A stretch of DNA of 64,000 nt, from the NCBI GenBank assembly GCA_965262725.1, contig OZ253555.1:128001-192000 (forward strand), written 5' to 3'. Source of the stretch: Dehalococcoidia bacterium (lineage in GTDB: Bacteria > Chloroflexota > Dehalococcoidia > UBA2979). The translations under genes were made by a program, and so were the position numbers. Under the pieces are notes generated by a model. It saw only the letters and a program-made list of their open reading frames with translations. It had not been told where the DNA came from and did not search any database. Of this stretch, positions 47,919 to 58,767 are shown piece by piece (within the stretch, counting starts at the first letter, position 1; each line of letters opens with the position of its first letter).

Positions 47919-49106
47919 ATGAGCCCGGAGCGGGTTCTTGTGGCGATGTCGGGCGGCGTGGACTCCGCGGTCGCCGCCGCTTTGCTTCACCGCGCAGGCT
48001 ACGACGTCGTGGGCGTCACGCTCCGCCTCTACACGCAGCCCGACGACGCGGCTCTGAGCTCCGGGCGCACCTGCTGCGGCGTCGAGGAGGTCGACGACGC
48101 TCGCCGCGCGGCGCAGCTCATCGGCATCCCGCACTACGTGCTCAACATGGAGCGGGAGTTTAAGCGCGACGTGATCGACGGATTCGTGGACGCCTACGCC
48201 CGCGGGCGCACCCCGAACCCCTGTCTCGAGTGCAACCGCCGCGTGAAGTTCCGGACGCTCCTCGATCGCGCACTCGCGATGGGCGCGGACCGCCTCGCCA
48301 CCGGGCACTACGCACGGATCGATGACAACGCCGAGACGGCCGCGCCGGTGGACGGGAGCCCGGCGCGACGCCGGCTCCGCGCCGCGGCCGATCCCGCGAA
48401 GGACCAGTCGTATGTTCTCTACACGCTGGGTCAGCGTGAGCTCGCGCGGACGCTCTTCCCGCTCGGGGGGATGACCAAGCCGGAGACGCGCGCCGTGGCG
48501 AGGGAGCTCGGACTCGGCGTCGCGGAGAAGCCTGACTCCGTGGACATCTGCTTCGTGCCCGGCGGTGACTACCGGCGTCTCCTCGCCGATCAGGGGCTCG
48601 TCCTGGAGCCGGGCGTGGTGGTGGACGCGGAGGGTCGGGAGGTCGGACGGCACCGCGGCGCCGCCGGCTACACGGTCGGTCAGCGGCGGGGCCTCGTCCT
48701 GTCGGAGTCCGGCCCCGGTGCCCGGCGCTTCGTCACGGCGGTGGACGCAGAGCGCAACGTCGTCGTCGTCGGCGGGGAGCGGGAGTTGCAGGTGGGCGCT
48801 GTCGAGGCCTCGGCCCCGAGCTGGGTGGTCGAGGCGCCACGGGATGGCGAGCGTCTCGGCGCCCGCCTGCGCTACGGCGCCCCGCTTGCCCCCGGCCGCG
48901 TCGAGAGCGTGAGCGACGTCGGCTTCCGCCTGGCGCTCGACGCCCCGGCGCGCGCCCCCGCGCCGGGGCAGGCGGTCGTCCTCTACCGTCCGTCGCTAGA
49001 GCGCGGCGACGAGGTCGTCGGCGGCGGAACGGTGGAGGCGAGCACCCCCTGGGAGCCGCGGCGGGCGGCGTCCGCCGCGCTTCCGCGGCGCACGTCGCGC
49101 GGGTAG
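47919..49106 (+). CDS. mnmA: tRNA 2-thiouridylase MnmA
   Basis: AMSGGVDS, TPNPCLECN, ATGHYA, KDQSY, DICF, YTVGQRRG, PGQAVV. Confidence 0.97.
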   Translation: MSPERVLVAMSGGVDSAVAAALLHRAGYDVVGVTLRLYTQPDDAALSSGRTCCGVEEVDDARRAAQLIGIPHYVLNMEREFKRDVIDGFVDAYARGRTPNPCLECNRRVKFRTLLDRALAMGADRLATGHYARIDDNAETAAPVDGSPARRRLRAAADPAKDQSYVLYTLGQRELARTLFPLGGMTKPETRAVARELGLGVAEKPDSVDICFVPGGDYRRLLADQGLVLEPGVVVDAEGREVGRHRGAAGYTVGQRRGLVLSESGPGARRFVTAVDAERNVVVVGGERELQVGAVEASAPSWVVEAPRDGERLGARLRYGAPLAPGRVESVSDVGFRLALDAPARAPAPGQAVVLYRPSLERGDEVVGGGTVEASTPWEPRRAASAALPRRTSRG

Positions 49107-49226
49107 GATGGATGCTTGCATCCGCGATCGGGATGAGGGACCGCGTGTGAGCTGTGCGTGGACGCGGGAGAGAGATCGGCGCCTCCGCATCTGGTCGCGC
49201 ATCGTCGCGGTTCACGGCGGCGCCGC

Positions 49227-49616
49227 ATGAAGATCGCCCTGATACTGATCGTCCTCGCCGCCGTCGTGGCGGCCGCCGTGGCCGCCCCCGTGATCGTCTT
49301 CGAGCCGAACCTTCAGGAGAGCCGCGACATCGTCATCATCGTCGTCGGGATCGCCGGCGTGGCGCTGCTCCTGGGATCGCTCATCACGCTTCTGCTGATC
49401 GCGCTCGGCATCCATCACCTCTCGCGTGTGCTGCGTCGCCTGCTGGAGGATCCCGTCCGCCCGGCGCTGTCGGAGGTACGCGACACCGCTCGCAATGTGC
49501 GCGGCGCCACCGAGTTCGTGGCCGACGCCGCCGTGCACCCCCTGATCCGCACCATCGCCACGGTGCGCGGAATCCGTCGGGGCCTCTCGGTCATCACGGG
49601 CCTGAGACGCCGGTGA
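49227..49616 (+). CDS. Small membrane protein (DUF948-like)
   Basis: Two TM helices followed by amphipathic TARNVRGATEFV..PLIR. Confidence 0.65.
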   Translation: MKIALILIVLAAVVAAAVAAPVIVFEPNLQESRDIVIIVVGIAGVALLLGSLITLLLIALGIHHLSRVLRRLLEDPVRPALSEVRDTARNVRGATEFVADAAVHPLIRTIATVRGIRRGLSVITGLRRR

Positions 49617-49864
49617 GCGCCCGGGGCCTCCTCGCTTTCGCCGCCAGCGCCGGCGTTGGCTTCCTCGCCGCGCGCGCGCTGCTCGGCCGGGACCCCTCCG
49701 CCACCCCCCTTCCCGATCAACTGCAGAACGCCCGATCCCGTCTGCTCGCGGCGCGCGACGTCGCCGTGGAGGCGCTGGTGGAGGCGCGCTCAGCCCGGGA
49801 CGAGGCGGCGTCCGACCTCACGCAGGACTACCTCCGCCGCACCCGCTCGCAGCCCGAGGCGTAG
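49613..49864 (+). CDS. Small hypothetical membrane-anchored protein
   Basis: GTGA overlap with the upstream gene; hydrophobic N-terminus and helical C-terminus. Confidence 0.55.
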   Translation: MSARGLLAFAASAGVGFLAARALLGRDPSATPLPDQLQNARSRLLAARDVAVEALVEARSARDEAASDLTQDYLRRTRSQPEA

Positions 49865-50043
49865 GCGAGCGCCTCCCGCCGCCGCGGCGGCCTCCGCCGG
49901 CTCCCCGCTTCGTCGACCCGGTGTGGACTCCGCGACCGCGCGTCCCCTGCGCGGTTCCCGTCGACGGGCAGCGGGAGGGTGCCCGCGCTCCGGGGGTCTC
50001 CCGCTGCTTGGTCGATGCCCGGGCGCTTCCTATACTCGCCCGT

Positions 50044-50129
50044 GGAGAGGTGTCCGAGTGGTCTATGGTGCCGTTCTCGAAAAGCGGTAGGCGCAAGCCT
50101 CGTGGGTTCGAATCCCACCCTCTCCGCCA
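50044..50129 (+). tRNA. tRNA-Ser(CGA)
   Basis: GGAGAGG acceptor, anticodon loop CTCGAAA, long variable arm, GTTCGAATC, CCA end. Confidence 0.96.
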
Positions 50130-50150
50130 CGCATCGCCCGATCACCTCGC

Positions 50151-50242
<92 letters not shown>

Positions 50243-50405
50243 CCCGATCGGGGTGCCCCGGCTTCGGCGCCTCCGTCCCGATCCCGGCCCCGCGCCGCGG
50301 CGTCGGGGCTCATCGGCGGCGCCCGCCGGGCCATCGGAGCATCGCGGAGTCGGGTCGCCGGCGCGCGCGATCCCGGTCGCGGGGCCTGCCGGTGCGAGCC
50401 GGCGC

Positions 50406-51281
50406 CTAGATCCGCTCGGCGCGTACGACGACGCGATCGACGTAGGACCTCGACTCGAAGTTGAACTCCCCGCCACAGGTGATCAGGGTGATGCTGTCCA
50501 CCGGCACGTCCGAGCCAAGGATCTCTTGCCAGTCCCCGTCCACGGCATCGACGTGGCGGCGCCAGGACACGGCGTAGCGCACCGTCTGACCGCCGCTCTC
50601 CAGCTCGATCACGTCGCCGGGCGAGAGCAGGCTGAGGCTGAAGAAGACGCCGCGGCCGCGGAAGTCGACGCTCGCGTACGCGACGTGCGCGGCGTAGTCG
50701 ACGTGCCCGGAGAAGACGGCGTTGTTGCCGCCGCCGATCTCGCCGCCGAAGCCCTCCCACCCGGTGAAGTCGTACCAGACCACGTCGCTCGGGCCGGCCG
50801 GGTTCGGCATCTGTCCGTCCCCGCCGACGCTCCGAACGCCCAGGGGGGCGTCGATGCCGAGCGCCGGGACGCGCACGCGTCCGAGCACGGCGCTGGGGGG
50901 CTCTCCGTACTGGGAGTGCAGTTCATCGATGCTCCCGACTGCCGGGCCGTCGGGCACGGGTGTGGGCGTGATGGCCTCGGGCGGCGGGTCGGGACTCTCG
51001 GTCGGGGTCGGGGGCGGGGGCGCCGTGGCCGTCCCGGTGGTCGCGGGCGTGGCCGTGAGGGCCGGCGTGGCTGTCGGCGTCGGCGAGGGCGTGGCTGTCG
51101 GCGTCGGCGTGACTTCCCGCACGATCACCGGGGGTGCGTCCCCGTTCGAGCCGCTCCGGAGCAGCACCACCGCGCTCAACGCCGAGAGGAGGATCGCGAT
51201 CAGGATCAGGAGTCCGACGCGGCCAGCCGGGCCGAGGTTCCACCAGAGGTCCGCCGGGCCGTCGCGGCGAAACTCGCCCAT
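50406..51281 (-). CDS. Class F sortase with TM anchor and Pro/Thr linker
   Basis: VPALGIDAP, VVWY, NAVFSGHVD, ITLITCGG, RVVVRA. Confidence 0.92.
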   Translation of the reverse strand: MGEFRRDGPADLWWNLGPAGRVGLLILIAILLSALSAVVLLRSGSNGDAPPVIVREVTPTPTATPSPTPTATPALTATPATTGTATAPPPPTPTESPDPPPEAITPTPVPDGPAVGSIDELHSQYGEPPSAVLGRVRVPALGIDAPLGVRSVGGDGQMPNPAGPSDVVWYDFTGWEGFGGEIGGGNNAVFSGHVDYAAHVAYASVDFRGRGVFFSLSLLSPGDVIELESGGQTVRYAVSWRRHVDAVDGDWQEILGSDVPVDSITLITCGGEFNFESRSYVDRVVVRAERI

Positions 51282-51548
51282 GGCGGCATTCCTCCCGTCG
51301 CACCGAGGGTCCCGCGGGGCGCGCGCTCGCGCGCCGGGACGCCTGATCCACGATAGCGTGGAGCGCCCGGAAGAGACAGGTCGGCCGGGCCTGCGTCGCA
51401 AGCTGTCGCCCGGTGCGGTCGTCCGCCCGCTGCTCCCGGCGGAGGGGCACGCGAGGTCGCCGCGCGGGTGCCCGCGCCGGCGGCTGAGGCCATGCCCGTG
51501 CCCGCCTCCTTATGCGGGTCTTACTTCGGGGAGGCGCACAATGCGCGC

Positions 51549-51815
51549 ATGCGCCTTCTCCTCATCGAGGATGATGAGCGGTTGGCCGATGTCGTGGCCC
51601 GGGGCCTCCGCCAGGCGGGGATCGCCGTGGACGTGGCGCTGGATGGCGGAGGTGGCCTCGAGAAGGCGCTCGTCACCCGCTACGACGTCGTCCTGCTCGA
51701 CCGCGACCTCCCCCGCGTGCACGGAGACGAGGTCTGTCGCCGGCTGGCCGAGCGCCCCGTGTCGTAGAGACCGCGCGCCGCCTCCCGCGGCGCGGCGCTC
51801 GAGGGCGCGGATGAC
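51549..51815 (+). pseudogene. Truncated OmpR-type response regulator (partial receiver domain)
   Basis: MRLLLIEDD..YDVVLLDRDLP..GDEVCRRL stops at 51767. A GADD remnant lies at 51804-51815; there is no output domain or kinase. Confidence 0.8.
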
Positions 51816-51973
51816 GCCGGGCCATGCGGGTGCCCGAGCGGCGGGAGGCGTGGATTAACTCCCGCCCCGCCGCGTCGGACGTTAACTCTGGCGCCGCCCC
51901 GCCGTTTCTTCTAGCAGGGGGATGAACCAATCGCCAGCTCAGACGCGTCGCTTCTATACTCGCGGAGCATTCC

Positions 51974-52627
51974 GTGGAGGCTCCTCTGGCCGATCGCACG
52001 CCCGGCGGCGGATCCCACACCGGGCTCCCGCTTGATGTCGAGCGCGAGCTGGTCCGGCGCATGCAGGCGCAAGATCCCGACGCCTTCGGCGCGATATACG
52101 AGTCCTACCTCCCGCGCCTCTACCGCTACTGCCTCGTCCGGCTTCGCAACCCGATCGAGGCGGAGGACGCCGCCGAGGACATCTTCGTCCGGGTGCTCTC
52201 CTCTATTGACCGGTTCACCTGGAGACCGATGGGCGCCAGCCGAAGCCCGTTCGCTGCATGGATCTTCCGGATCGCCCATAACCACCTTGTCTCGATCTAC
52301 CGCCGCGCCGCCGTCCGGCCCGGTCTCGATCCGCTCAGCGAGACGATCGCGGATGAGCAGCGGGGCCCCGAGGAGCTCGCCGAGCGGCGCAGCGAGATCG
52401 ATGAGGCCTTTGAGGCCGTCGCCCTCCTGCCTGAGGCGCAGCGGGATGTCGTTCTCCTGCGCTTCGGCTCGGGACTCTCGGTCGCCGAGACGGCGGCAGC
52501 CCTCAACAAGACCCAGGGCAACGTGAAGGTGCTGCAGCACAAAGGGGTCCGCCGCCTGCGGGAGATCCTCGGCGACGAGGGTTGGGTCACGCGGCGCGGC
52601 CGATCGGTGAAGGCGGGACGGGCGTGA
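51974..52627 (+). CDS. ECF RNA polymerase sigma factor
   Basis: [51 protein letters not shown]. Confidence 0.93.
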   Translation: MEAPLADRTPGGGSHTGLPLDVERELVRRMQAQDPDAFGAIYESYLPRLYRYCLVRLRNPIEAEDAAEDIFVRVLSSIDRFTWRPMGASRSPFAAWIFRIAHNHLVSIYRRAAVRPGLDPLSETIADEQRGPEELAERRSEIDEAFEAVALLPEAQRDVVLLRFGSGLSVAETAAALNKTQGNVKVLQHKGVRRLREILGDEGWVTRRGRSVKAGRA

Positions 52628-53694
52628 ACCTCGACATCGACCCGGAGATGCTCGCCGACGAGGCGAACCTGTTCGAGGCCCTCCTGGAGGGGGGACTCGA
52701 CGTGCCCCGGGGCGCGTCCGGGACCGGGGACCCGGCGGATATCGCCGCCGACGCGCGGTACGCGGCGCGGCTGGTCTCGATGCTCGAGCGCGTGGAGCCA
52801 CGACCGCACTACGCCAGTCGCTCCCACGCGATGCTTCGCTCCCGCTTCTTCGGCTCGCGCCCCCGGCGCGTGCTCGCCTCGCGCTGGGCACGCTCGTGGC
52901 GCCTCTCGCTCAGGTGGGGAGCGGCGCCCGCCGCCGCGGCTGCGGCAGCCGCCGCGGCCGTCGTCGCCGTGGTCGTCTTCTCCGGTGGGTCGGGCGGTCC
53001 GCTGACCGAGGCCGAGCCGGCGGTCGTCCAGCCGGTCCCTGCCCAGCGGGAGGCCGCCCAGCCGGTGGTCGCCCGGCAGGGGCCCGCCGAGTCGGCGGCT
53101 CCCACATCCGCGGAGAGCGCCGCCACTCCGGGGGACGTCGTGCTCTCGGTCGACGAGGAGATCGCACAGCTGACCGCCGCACTGCAGCGGATACAGGAAA
53201 ACTCGCAGAACGTCGACGGCGAGCTGCTCCGGGAGGTGACGGCGCGCACGGCCTCGGTCGCCCAGCGCATCAATCGTGAGCCGGAGACGGTGACGCCGGC
53301 TTCGGTGAAGATCTACAGGGACCAAACCGAGGCTCAGCGCTCCGTTCTCAGCGGAGTCACCGTCTCTCCGGGTGATGAGCGGGCGCTGGCGGCGGCGCAG
53401 AGCGTCGCCGAGGACGGGGTGGTCGTCGCCTCACGCTACCTCAGCGATGAGAGCGACGAGACGCCCGCCGTGACGCCGACGCCGACGCCGACAGCCGAGC
53501 CGACGCCGACAGCCGAGCCGACGCCGACAGCCGAGCCGACGCCGACAGCCGAGCCGACGCCGACAGCCGAGCCGACGCCGACAGCCGAGCCGACGCCGAC
53601 AGCCGAGCCGACACCGACAGCCGAGCCGACGCCGACGCCGACGCCCGAGCCAACGCCGACAGCCGAGCCGACAGCCGAGCCGACTCAGTCCTGA
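52624..53694 (+). CDS. Putative anti-sigma factor (single TM, helical extracellular domain, PT-rich tail)
   Basis: GTGA overlap with the sigma gene; one hydrophobic helix; C-terminal PTPTAE repeats. Confidence 0.7.
   Translation: MNLDIDPEMLADEANLFEALLEGGLDVPRGASGTGDPADIAADARYAARLVSMLERVEPRPHYASRSHAMLRSRFFGSRPRRVLASRWARSWRLSLRWGAAPAAAAAAAAAAVVAVVVFSGGSGGPLTEAEPAVVQPVPAQREAAQPVVARQGPAESAAPTSAESAATPGDVVLSVDEEIAQLTAALQRIQENSQNVDGELLREVTARTASVAQRINREPETVTPASVKIYRDQTEAQRSVLSGVTVSPGDERALAAAQSVAEDGVVVASRYLSDESDETPAVTPTPTPTAEPTPTAEPTPTAEPTPTAEPTPTAEPTPTAEPTPTAEPTPTAEPTPTPTPEPTPTAEPTAEPTQS
53482..53625 (+). repeat. 18-bp tandem repeat x8 (CCGACGCCGACAGCCGAG = PTPTAE), followed by degenerate units
   Basis: Read directly from the sequence; units are near-identical. 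Confidence 0.95.
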
Positions 53695-53737
53695 GGCGCC
53701 GCCCTCCGGGTGGCGTCGGCGACTCCGCGTCGTCCCC

Positions 53738-55429
53738 CTACGGCTCGTCGAAGCGGATCACCAGGCGATCGCCGTCGTTGATCAGCAGCAGCGACTGCAC
53801 GAACGCCGGCGCCCCCGCGATGTAGACATCCCAGCTTCCGACACCGTCGCGCCGGAAGAAGGCGGCCGGCGCGCGGCCCGGCGGCGTCAGCAGGTGCGCG
53901 AAGCGAGCGGGGTGGCCGTCGGGCCCGTGATAGACGAGCTCGGCGAGTCCGGCCCCCGCGGGGACCGCGCCCTCGAGGAAGGCCTCCTCGGCTCCGGCCG
54001 GGCGCAGCAGGCCGAGCCCGGCCAGGGAGCCGAGGCTGAGCAGTCCGGCGCCCGTGGTGCCGTCGAATCCGGGCGTGTCGGCGTCGATGGCGCGGGCACG
54101 CAGCTCGCCGGCGAGCTCGTCGCGCCCGGCCCTCGGGAAGGCCTCCTTCAGCAGGGCGGCCGCCCCGGCCGCGTGGGGCGCCGCCGCGGACGTGCCCCCG
54201 AATCCGCTCGTGATCGCGCTCGAGACTCCCGTGGGGGCGATGAGGTCGGGCTTGGGGCGCCCATCGCTCGTCGGGCCGCGCGAGGAGGATGGGGCCGCGG
54301 CGAACGCGTCCAGGAACGCGGGATCGAGCGCACCCACCGTGATCACGAGCGGATGATCCGCCGGCTCGGAGAGCGACCCGGCCGCGACCGGGATATCGAT
54401 GGTGGAGCCGCGATCCGGCGCGCCGACCACGAGGAGAGAGAGGTGGCGCGGCGTCTCGTCGCTGGCTGTCGTGATGCGCACGCTGTGCGCGCCGCTCTCC
54501 GTGGCCAGCACCTGTAGCACCTCGATGGGGTCGCCGTCGCAGTCCTGCACGCCACGGGCGGCGCGCACGAGCGAGCCGTTGGGCGCGAAGAGCTCGAAGT
54601 CGTAGTCGGAGCAGGCCGCTCCCCATTCATCCTGCCAGCGGAGGGAGACCGTGATCAGGTCGCCCGCCTCGAAGGTGTGCTGCACGCGGCTCACGCCGTC
54701 GGCGAACTCGTGCCGTGAGTCGCCGTTCGCATCGACGAACCGCCCCGACCATTGCTGCTGGGCCCAGTTCCCCGCCGCGACCGTCCACAGCTGCCCGGCG
54801 TCGGTGCCGCGCGTGACGGCGTCGTTGACCGCTCCCGTCCCGTCGCCGGGTCCGCTGTGCACGTACCCGAGCGAGAACGACACGATCGGTACCCCCTCCT
54901 CGACCAGGTAGGCGATCGCCTCCCCGAACTCGTCGAGACTCGAGAAGTTCAGGAGATAGAGCTCCGCGCGCGGCGCGATCGCATGGACCAGCTCGGCGGC
55001 GCGCAGACCGTGATCCGTGCCGCCGGCCAGGCTGCCGTCCGCGCGGAACGAGCGGGCCACGACCGAGGGCGGGAGCGTCTCGCCGAGAGCCGCCTCGTAT
55101 CCGGCGAACCCGGCGTCGAGAACGGCGACGCGCACGCCGTGTCCGCTGAAGCCGGCGCGGTGCCAGCGCTCCGCACCGATGAGGGTCGTGGCTGCCGTGG
55201 GGGCCGCGGCTTCTTCGACGGGGCGTGGGTCGGTGATCTGCCCCAGCAGGAGGGCGATGGGTCCGGTCGCGGCCTGGGCGGGAGCCGCCGGTTGGTTCGG
55301 CTCCGGCGCCTCGGAGCCCCCCTGGGCAAGCAGCGCCACGCCCGCGAGCACGATCGTCAGGGCGGTGCGCCCGAGAACGCCCGCGAGCCAGGCCCCTGGC
55401 GCGTGTGCGCCGAATTCTCGCACCGTCAT
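53738..55429 (-). CDS. Secreted subtilisin-like S8 serine protease
   Basis: Triad VAVLDAG (D), DHG (H), GTSAAAPH (S); also AAGN and KPDLIAP. Confidence 0.92.
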   Translation of the reverse strand: MTVREFGAHAPGAWLAGVLGRTALTIVLAGVALLAQGGSEAPEPNQPAAPAQAATGPIALLLGQITDPRPVEEAAAPTAATTLIGAERWHRAGFSGHGVRVAVLDAGFAGYEAALGETLPPSVVARSFRADGSLAGGTDHGLRAAELVHAIAPRAELYLLNFSSLDEFGEAIAYLVEEGVPIVSFSLGYVHSGPGDGTGAVNDAVTRGTDAGQLWTVAAGNWAQQQWSGRFVDANGDSRHEFADGVSRVQHTFEAGDLITVSLRWQDEWGAACSDYDFELFAPNGSLVRAARGVQDCDGDPIEVLQVLATESGAHSVRITTASDETPRHLSLLVVGAPDRGSTIDIPVAAGSLSEPADHPLVITVGALDPAFLDAFAAAPSSSRGPTSDGRPKPDLIAPTGVSSAITSGFGGTSAAAPHAAGAAALLKEAFPRAGRDELAGELRARAIDADTPGFDGTTGAGLLSLGSLAGLGLLRPAGAEEAFLEGAVPAGAGLAELVYHGPDGHPARFAHLLTPPGRAPAAFFRRDGVGSWDVYIAGAPAFVQSLLLINDGDRLVIRFDEP

Positions 55430-55614
55430 CTCCCCGCACCGACCGAGGACGGAGCGCCGATCCGATCCGCCTCGTCGGGACGAGGCTCGCGCTGGAGCGC
55501 CCGCGGTGCGCGATCGCCGCTCGCGCACATCGTATCCGAGGCTCCGCCGCCGGGGGCGCACCCGCGCGTCACGCCGCCTCGCCGTACCATGGGCGGGCAG
55601 GAGGAGGGCGTACC

Positions 55615-55824
55615 GTGGCAGGAAGCGAGGAGCGCGTCGTAGTGGGCCCGGACCCGCGCACGTGCCCCCACGAGACCCTGATGCCTCGCTGGCGAGGGCC
55701 GGAGGTGATGGGCGAGGAGGGCGGCGCGATGGGCTACGTCTGCCATCGCTGTCACTCCGAGTTCTCGCCGGACGCGGCTTGGGCACTGCGCGGCCGCCCG
55801 CCGGGCTCCGGCGAGGGGATGTAG
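55615..55824 (+). CDS. Small Zn-finger-like protein
   Basis: GAGGAGG SD then GTG; CPH..LMPRW..MG..CHRC pattern. Confidence 0.6.
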   Translation: MAGSEERVVVGPDPRTCPHETLMPRWRGPEVMGEEGGAMGYVCHRCHSEFSPDAAWALRGRPPGSGEGM

Positions 55825-55959
55825 CGTCTACCGGCGGCGCCTCGCGCGTTCACCTTGCGCGGGCTCGCCGGGAACGCGCACCATGTGGCGCAACCGATCG
55901 GGGACAAGGCTCCTCCTCCGCCACCGAGGCGGGGAGAGTCGGGGAAGGCGGGATCAGCG

Positions 55960-56277
55960 ATGTTGACTCTCAGTGAGAGCGCCGTGAGCCACCTGGCGGA
56001 GATCGCCGGCGAGCGGATCGGCGAGGGCGACGGCGTGCGCGTCTTTCTCTCGTCGGGCGGCTGCGGCTGCTCCGTGTCGTTCGGCATGGGGATCGACGGG
56101 CAGCGCGACGGTGACACGATCACCGAGTCCGGAGGCCTGCGCTTCCTGATGGACCAGCAGGCCGCGGATGCCTTGGAGGGCGCCTCGATCGATTACGTCG
56201 AGGACGTGATGCAGCAGGGCTTTTCGATCGACGCGCCGAACGCGCCGAGCGGCGGGGGCTGCGCCTGCGGCAGCTAG
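55960..56277 (+). CDS. HesB/IscA-type Fe-S cluster assembly protein
   Basis: GGCGC, ASIDY, GFSIDAPN, CACG. Confidence 0.9.
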   Translation: MLTLSESAVSHLAEIAGERIGEGDGVRVFLSSGGCGCSVSFGMGIDGQRDGDTITESGGLRFLMDQQAADALEGASIDYVEDVMQQGFSIDAPNAPSGGGCACGS

Positions 56278-56350
56278 TCTCAACGCACGGATCTCGGTAG
56301 GACGCTCGCTACTCCCGCGCGCCCTCACGACGCGGACGTACACTCCTAGC

Positions 56351-57175
56351 GTGCGTGTCGACGACATTCTCCGGGGGGAGCCCGAGGGGGCCGAGTCGCG
56401 CGAGCCGGCGGCCGCCCTCAGGCTGCTCACGGGCGGCGCCGTCTCCCTCCTCACCTCCCGCTATCGCGGCCGGGTGAACGTGATGCCGGTGGCGTGGCAG
56501 ACGCCACTCTCGTCGGTGCCGCCCCTGGTGGGCGTCGCCATCCACGAGTCGCGCTTCACAATGGAGCTCATCAGCCGGGCCGAGGAGTTCGCGCTCAGCT
56601 TCCCCACGCGCGCGCTGCTCCACCACGTGCAGTACCTCGGCTCGATCTCGGGGGAGCAGGTCGACAAGCTGGAGCTGGCCGGGATAGAGAGCTTCTCGCC
56701 GCGATACGTCACGGCGCCGCTGCTCGAGGGCTGCGCCGCCTGGATCGAATGCGAGGTCGTCCAGGTGCTGCCCGCGGGCGATCACCAACTCGTGCTCGGT
56801 CATCCGCTCGCCGTGCTCGTCGATCCGGTCTCCTTCGATGAACGCTGGCGCCCCGAGGCGCCCGAGGAGCGCCGCCCCCTCCACTACCTCGGTGACGCGC
56901 ACTACGGCGTGCTGGGGCGTCTGCTCGCAGCGCGGGTGCCCGACTCCGGCGCCTCGCTGGATCGCGCGCTCAGGGAGCAGATCGCAGAGGAGCTCGAGCT
57001 CGATCGCGAGGCGCGTGAGCGCCGCGAGGAGGAGCGCGAGCGGCTGCGCGAGGAGGTGGCGGAGGGGAAGGCCATCGACCTCGCCGCCTGGGAGGCGCAG
57101 GAGCTTCCCCCGCTCGATCTCAGTCTCGGCGTCATCGTCGAGGCGCCGCCCGGCGCGGACGGGCCCGACGGCTAG
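56351..57175 (+). CDS. Flavin reductase-like protein with acidic C-terminal extension
   Basis: NVMPVAW, PPLVGVAI, EFALSFP, AWIECEV, GDHQLVLG, LHYLG. Confidence 0.88.
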   Translation: MRVDDILRGEPEGAESREPAAALRLLTGGAVSLLTSRYRGRVNVMPVAWQTPLSSVPPLVGVAIHESRFTMELISRAEEFALSFPTRALLHHVQYLGSISGEQVDKLELAGIESFSPRYVTAPLLEGCAAWIECEVVQVLPAGDHQLVLGHPLAVLVDPVSFDERWRPEAPEERRPLHYLGDAHYGVLGRLLAARVPDSGASLDRALREQIAEELELDREARERREEERERLREEVAEGKAIDLAAWEAQELPPLDLSLGVIVEAPPGADGPDG

Positions 57176-57319
57176 GGACACTCGGTCAAGTCACACGGCT
57201 GACAGTTTCATGTGCTCAGGGGGCTCGTCCGGATGTCGGCCCCGGCCCGCCGCGCCGCCTCGTACCTCATCGACTCCAGGACCTGAGGGCACTGCTCGCG
57301 CCCCTCCCTGGCCGGGCTC

Positions 57320-58402
57320 TCAGTCGCCAGAACGGAGCAGCCGCGCTCCGGCCAGCAGGCTCATCGCCGGGAGGACTCCTGACAGAACCACGATCAGCGC
57401 CCGGCCCGCCGGCCGCTGCCACCACTCGGGGTCGGATCCCGCGGCCGCGGGCCCGCGCGCCGGCGAGCCGGCGGGCTCCGCCGTGGCCTCCGGGGTCGGC
57501 GCCGGCGCGGGCTCGGGGGCCGGTTCCGGCGTCGCCTGCGGGGTCAGTGCCCGTGTCGCCGCCACCGCCTCACCGGGGCCCGCGAATCCCTCGTACACCA
57601 GCGCGGAGAGCTCCCGGATCGTCGAGTAGGCGGCCGGGAAGTCTCCGCCGTGCCGGGTGAGCACCACGACCACGTAGTCGCCGCCCGGCGCCTCGACGAT
57701 CCCCGCGTCGTGCTCCCACTCCACCAGGGAACCTGTCTTGTGCGCGATCGGGACGTCCCCGGGCAGTCCCTGCGGAAGCAGGTGGCGGATCCGCTGTCCA
57801 CGGAGCAGCGAGTACATATCGGTGCTCGCCGCGGCTGAGACGATGTCTCCGGCGTAGAGCCGTTCGAAGAAGCGGGCGATGTCGGTCGGGGTCGTCACGT
57901 AGCGGGGCTCGAGGACGGTGTGCTCCATCCCCAGCCGCCGTGCATGTCCCACCACAGCAGCGTCCGTCAGGCGCTCGTGCAGGGCGACCGCCGTGGGGTT
58001 GTCGGACCACTGAATCATCGCCTGGATGGCGCTCGCCACCGTCACGAACACCGTGTGATCGGGCTCGGTGTGGGGGACGTCGACGTAGTGGCGCGACAGC
58101 AGCTCCAGGACGTGGTCGAGGGCGAGCGAGCCGGAGGACATCTGCTCGTAGGCCTCGGCCATCACGAGCAGCTTGTAGAGCGACGCGCTGCGGAAGGTCG
58201 TCTCGGCATTGACGGTGCAGCGCGCCCCGGTGGCGAGCTCGACGACGACGAGCCCGACCTCGACGCTCGCGGCCTCCGCCCGGCCCTGGATCAGGGCGCA
58301 CTCCTCGTCGAGCCCGGCACGGGCGGCCGGCGCGCCGAGCGATGCGCTCACCAGCAGGGCCGCCATCAGTGCGGCGCCGAGCACGAGCGAGCGAACGGGC
58401 AT
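57320..58402 (-). CDS. Class A beta-lactamase-like serine hydrolase with C-terminal TM anchor
   Basis: SxxK (SASLYK), SDN, HKTG, HDAGIV; signal peptide and C-terminal hydrophobic helix. Confidence 0.88.
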   Translation of the reverse strand: MPVRSLVLGAALMAALLVSASLGAPAARAGLDEECALIQGRAEAASVEVGLVVVELATGARCTVNAETTFRSASLYKLLVMAEAYEQMSSGSLALDHVLELLSRHYVDVPHTEPDHTVFVTVASAIQAMIQWSDNPTAVALHERLTDAAVVGHARRLGMEHTVLEPRYVTTPTDIARFFERLYAGDIVSAAASTDMYSLLRGQRIRHLLPQGLPGDVPIAHKTGSLVEWEHDAGIVEAPGGDYVVVVLTRHGGDFPAAYSTIRELSALVYEGFAGPGEAVAATRALTPQATPEPAPEPAPAPTPEATAEPAGSPARGPAAAGSDPEWWQRPAGRALIVVLSGVLPAMSLLAGARLLRSGD

Positions 58403-58605
58403 CGGGCGGACGGACACGGGAGCTCCTGCGTGGGTCACCGGTGCCCGCGCGGCTCTGAGGCCGCCGGGCCTGCGGAACGTCGTCATCGCGCGCGCGGTCA
58501 CAGGGGACCGCGCCGGCGCCGGGCACTCTCGCACAAAACCGGGGGGCGGGCCCGCGCCGCGCGGCCGCCGACGCGTCGCCAAGTCTGGAATAAGCCGGCC
58601 GGCGC

Positions 58606-58634
58606 TTGACGCGCGGGAGAGCGGTCAGCATTAT
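58606..58634 (+). promoter_or_regulatory. Sigma70-type promoter candidate for the acyl-CoA dehydrogenase
   Basis: TTGACG-17 nt-CATTAT. Confidence 0.5.
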
Positions 58635-58767
58635 CCCGCGGGGGTCGGCGGTGTCCTCCGTGCCGTGTGGGTGCGGTGTGCGCTGGTGGCGTTGCGGCCA
58701 AAAGCCGGCATAAACACGGGATGACGTACGCCCGGTGATCGGGCGCGACGGCAGCGGGGAGGTGCGC

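Noticed and set aside
53470-53690. Regular repeat array considered as a CRISPR array
   Set aside because: Head-to-tail 18-bp coding repeats without unique spacers, and no cas genes in the window.
57320-58402. Antibiotic-resistance beta-lactamase
   Set aside because: It has a class A-like fold, but it is membrane-anchored and lacks a clear omega-loop ExxLN motif. A cell-wall-related serine hydrolase is more likely.
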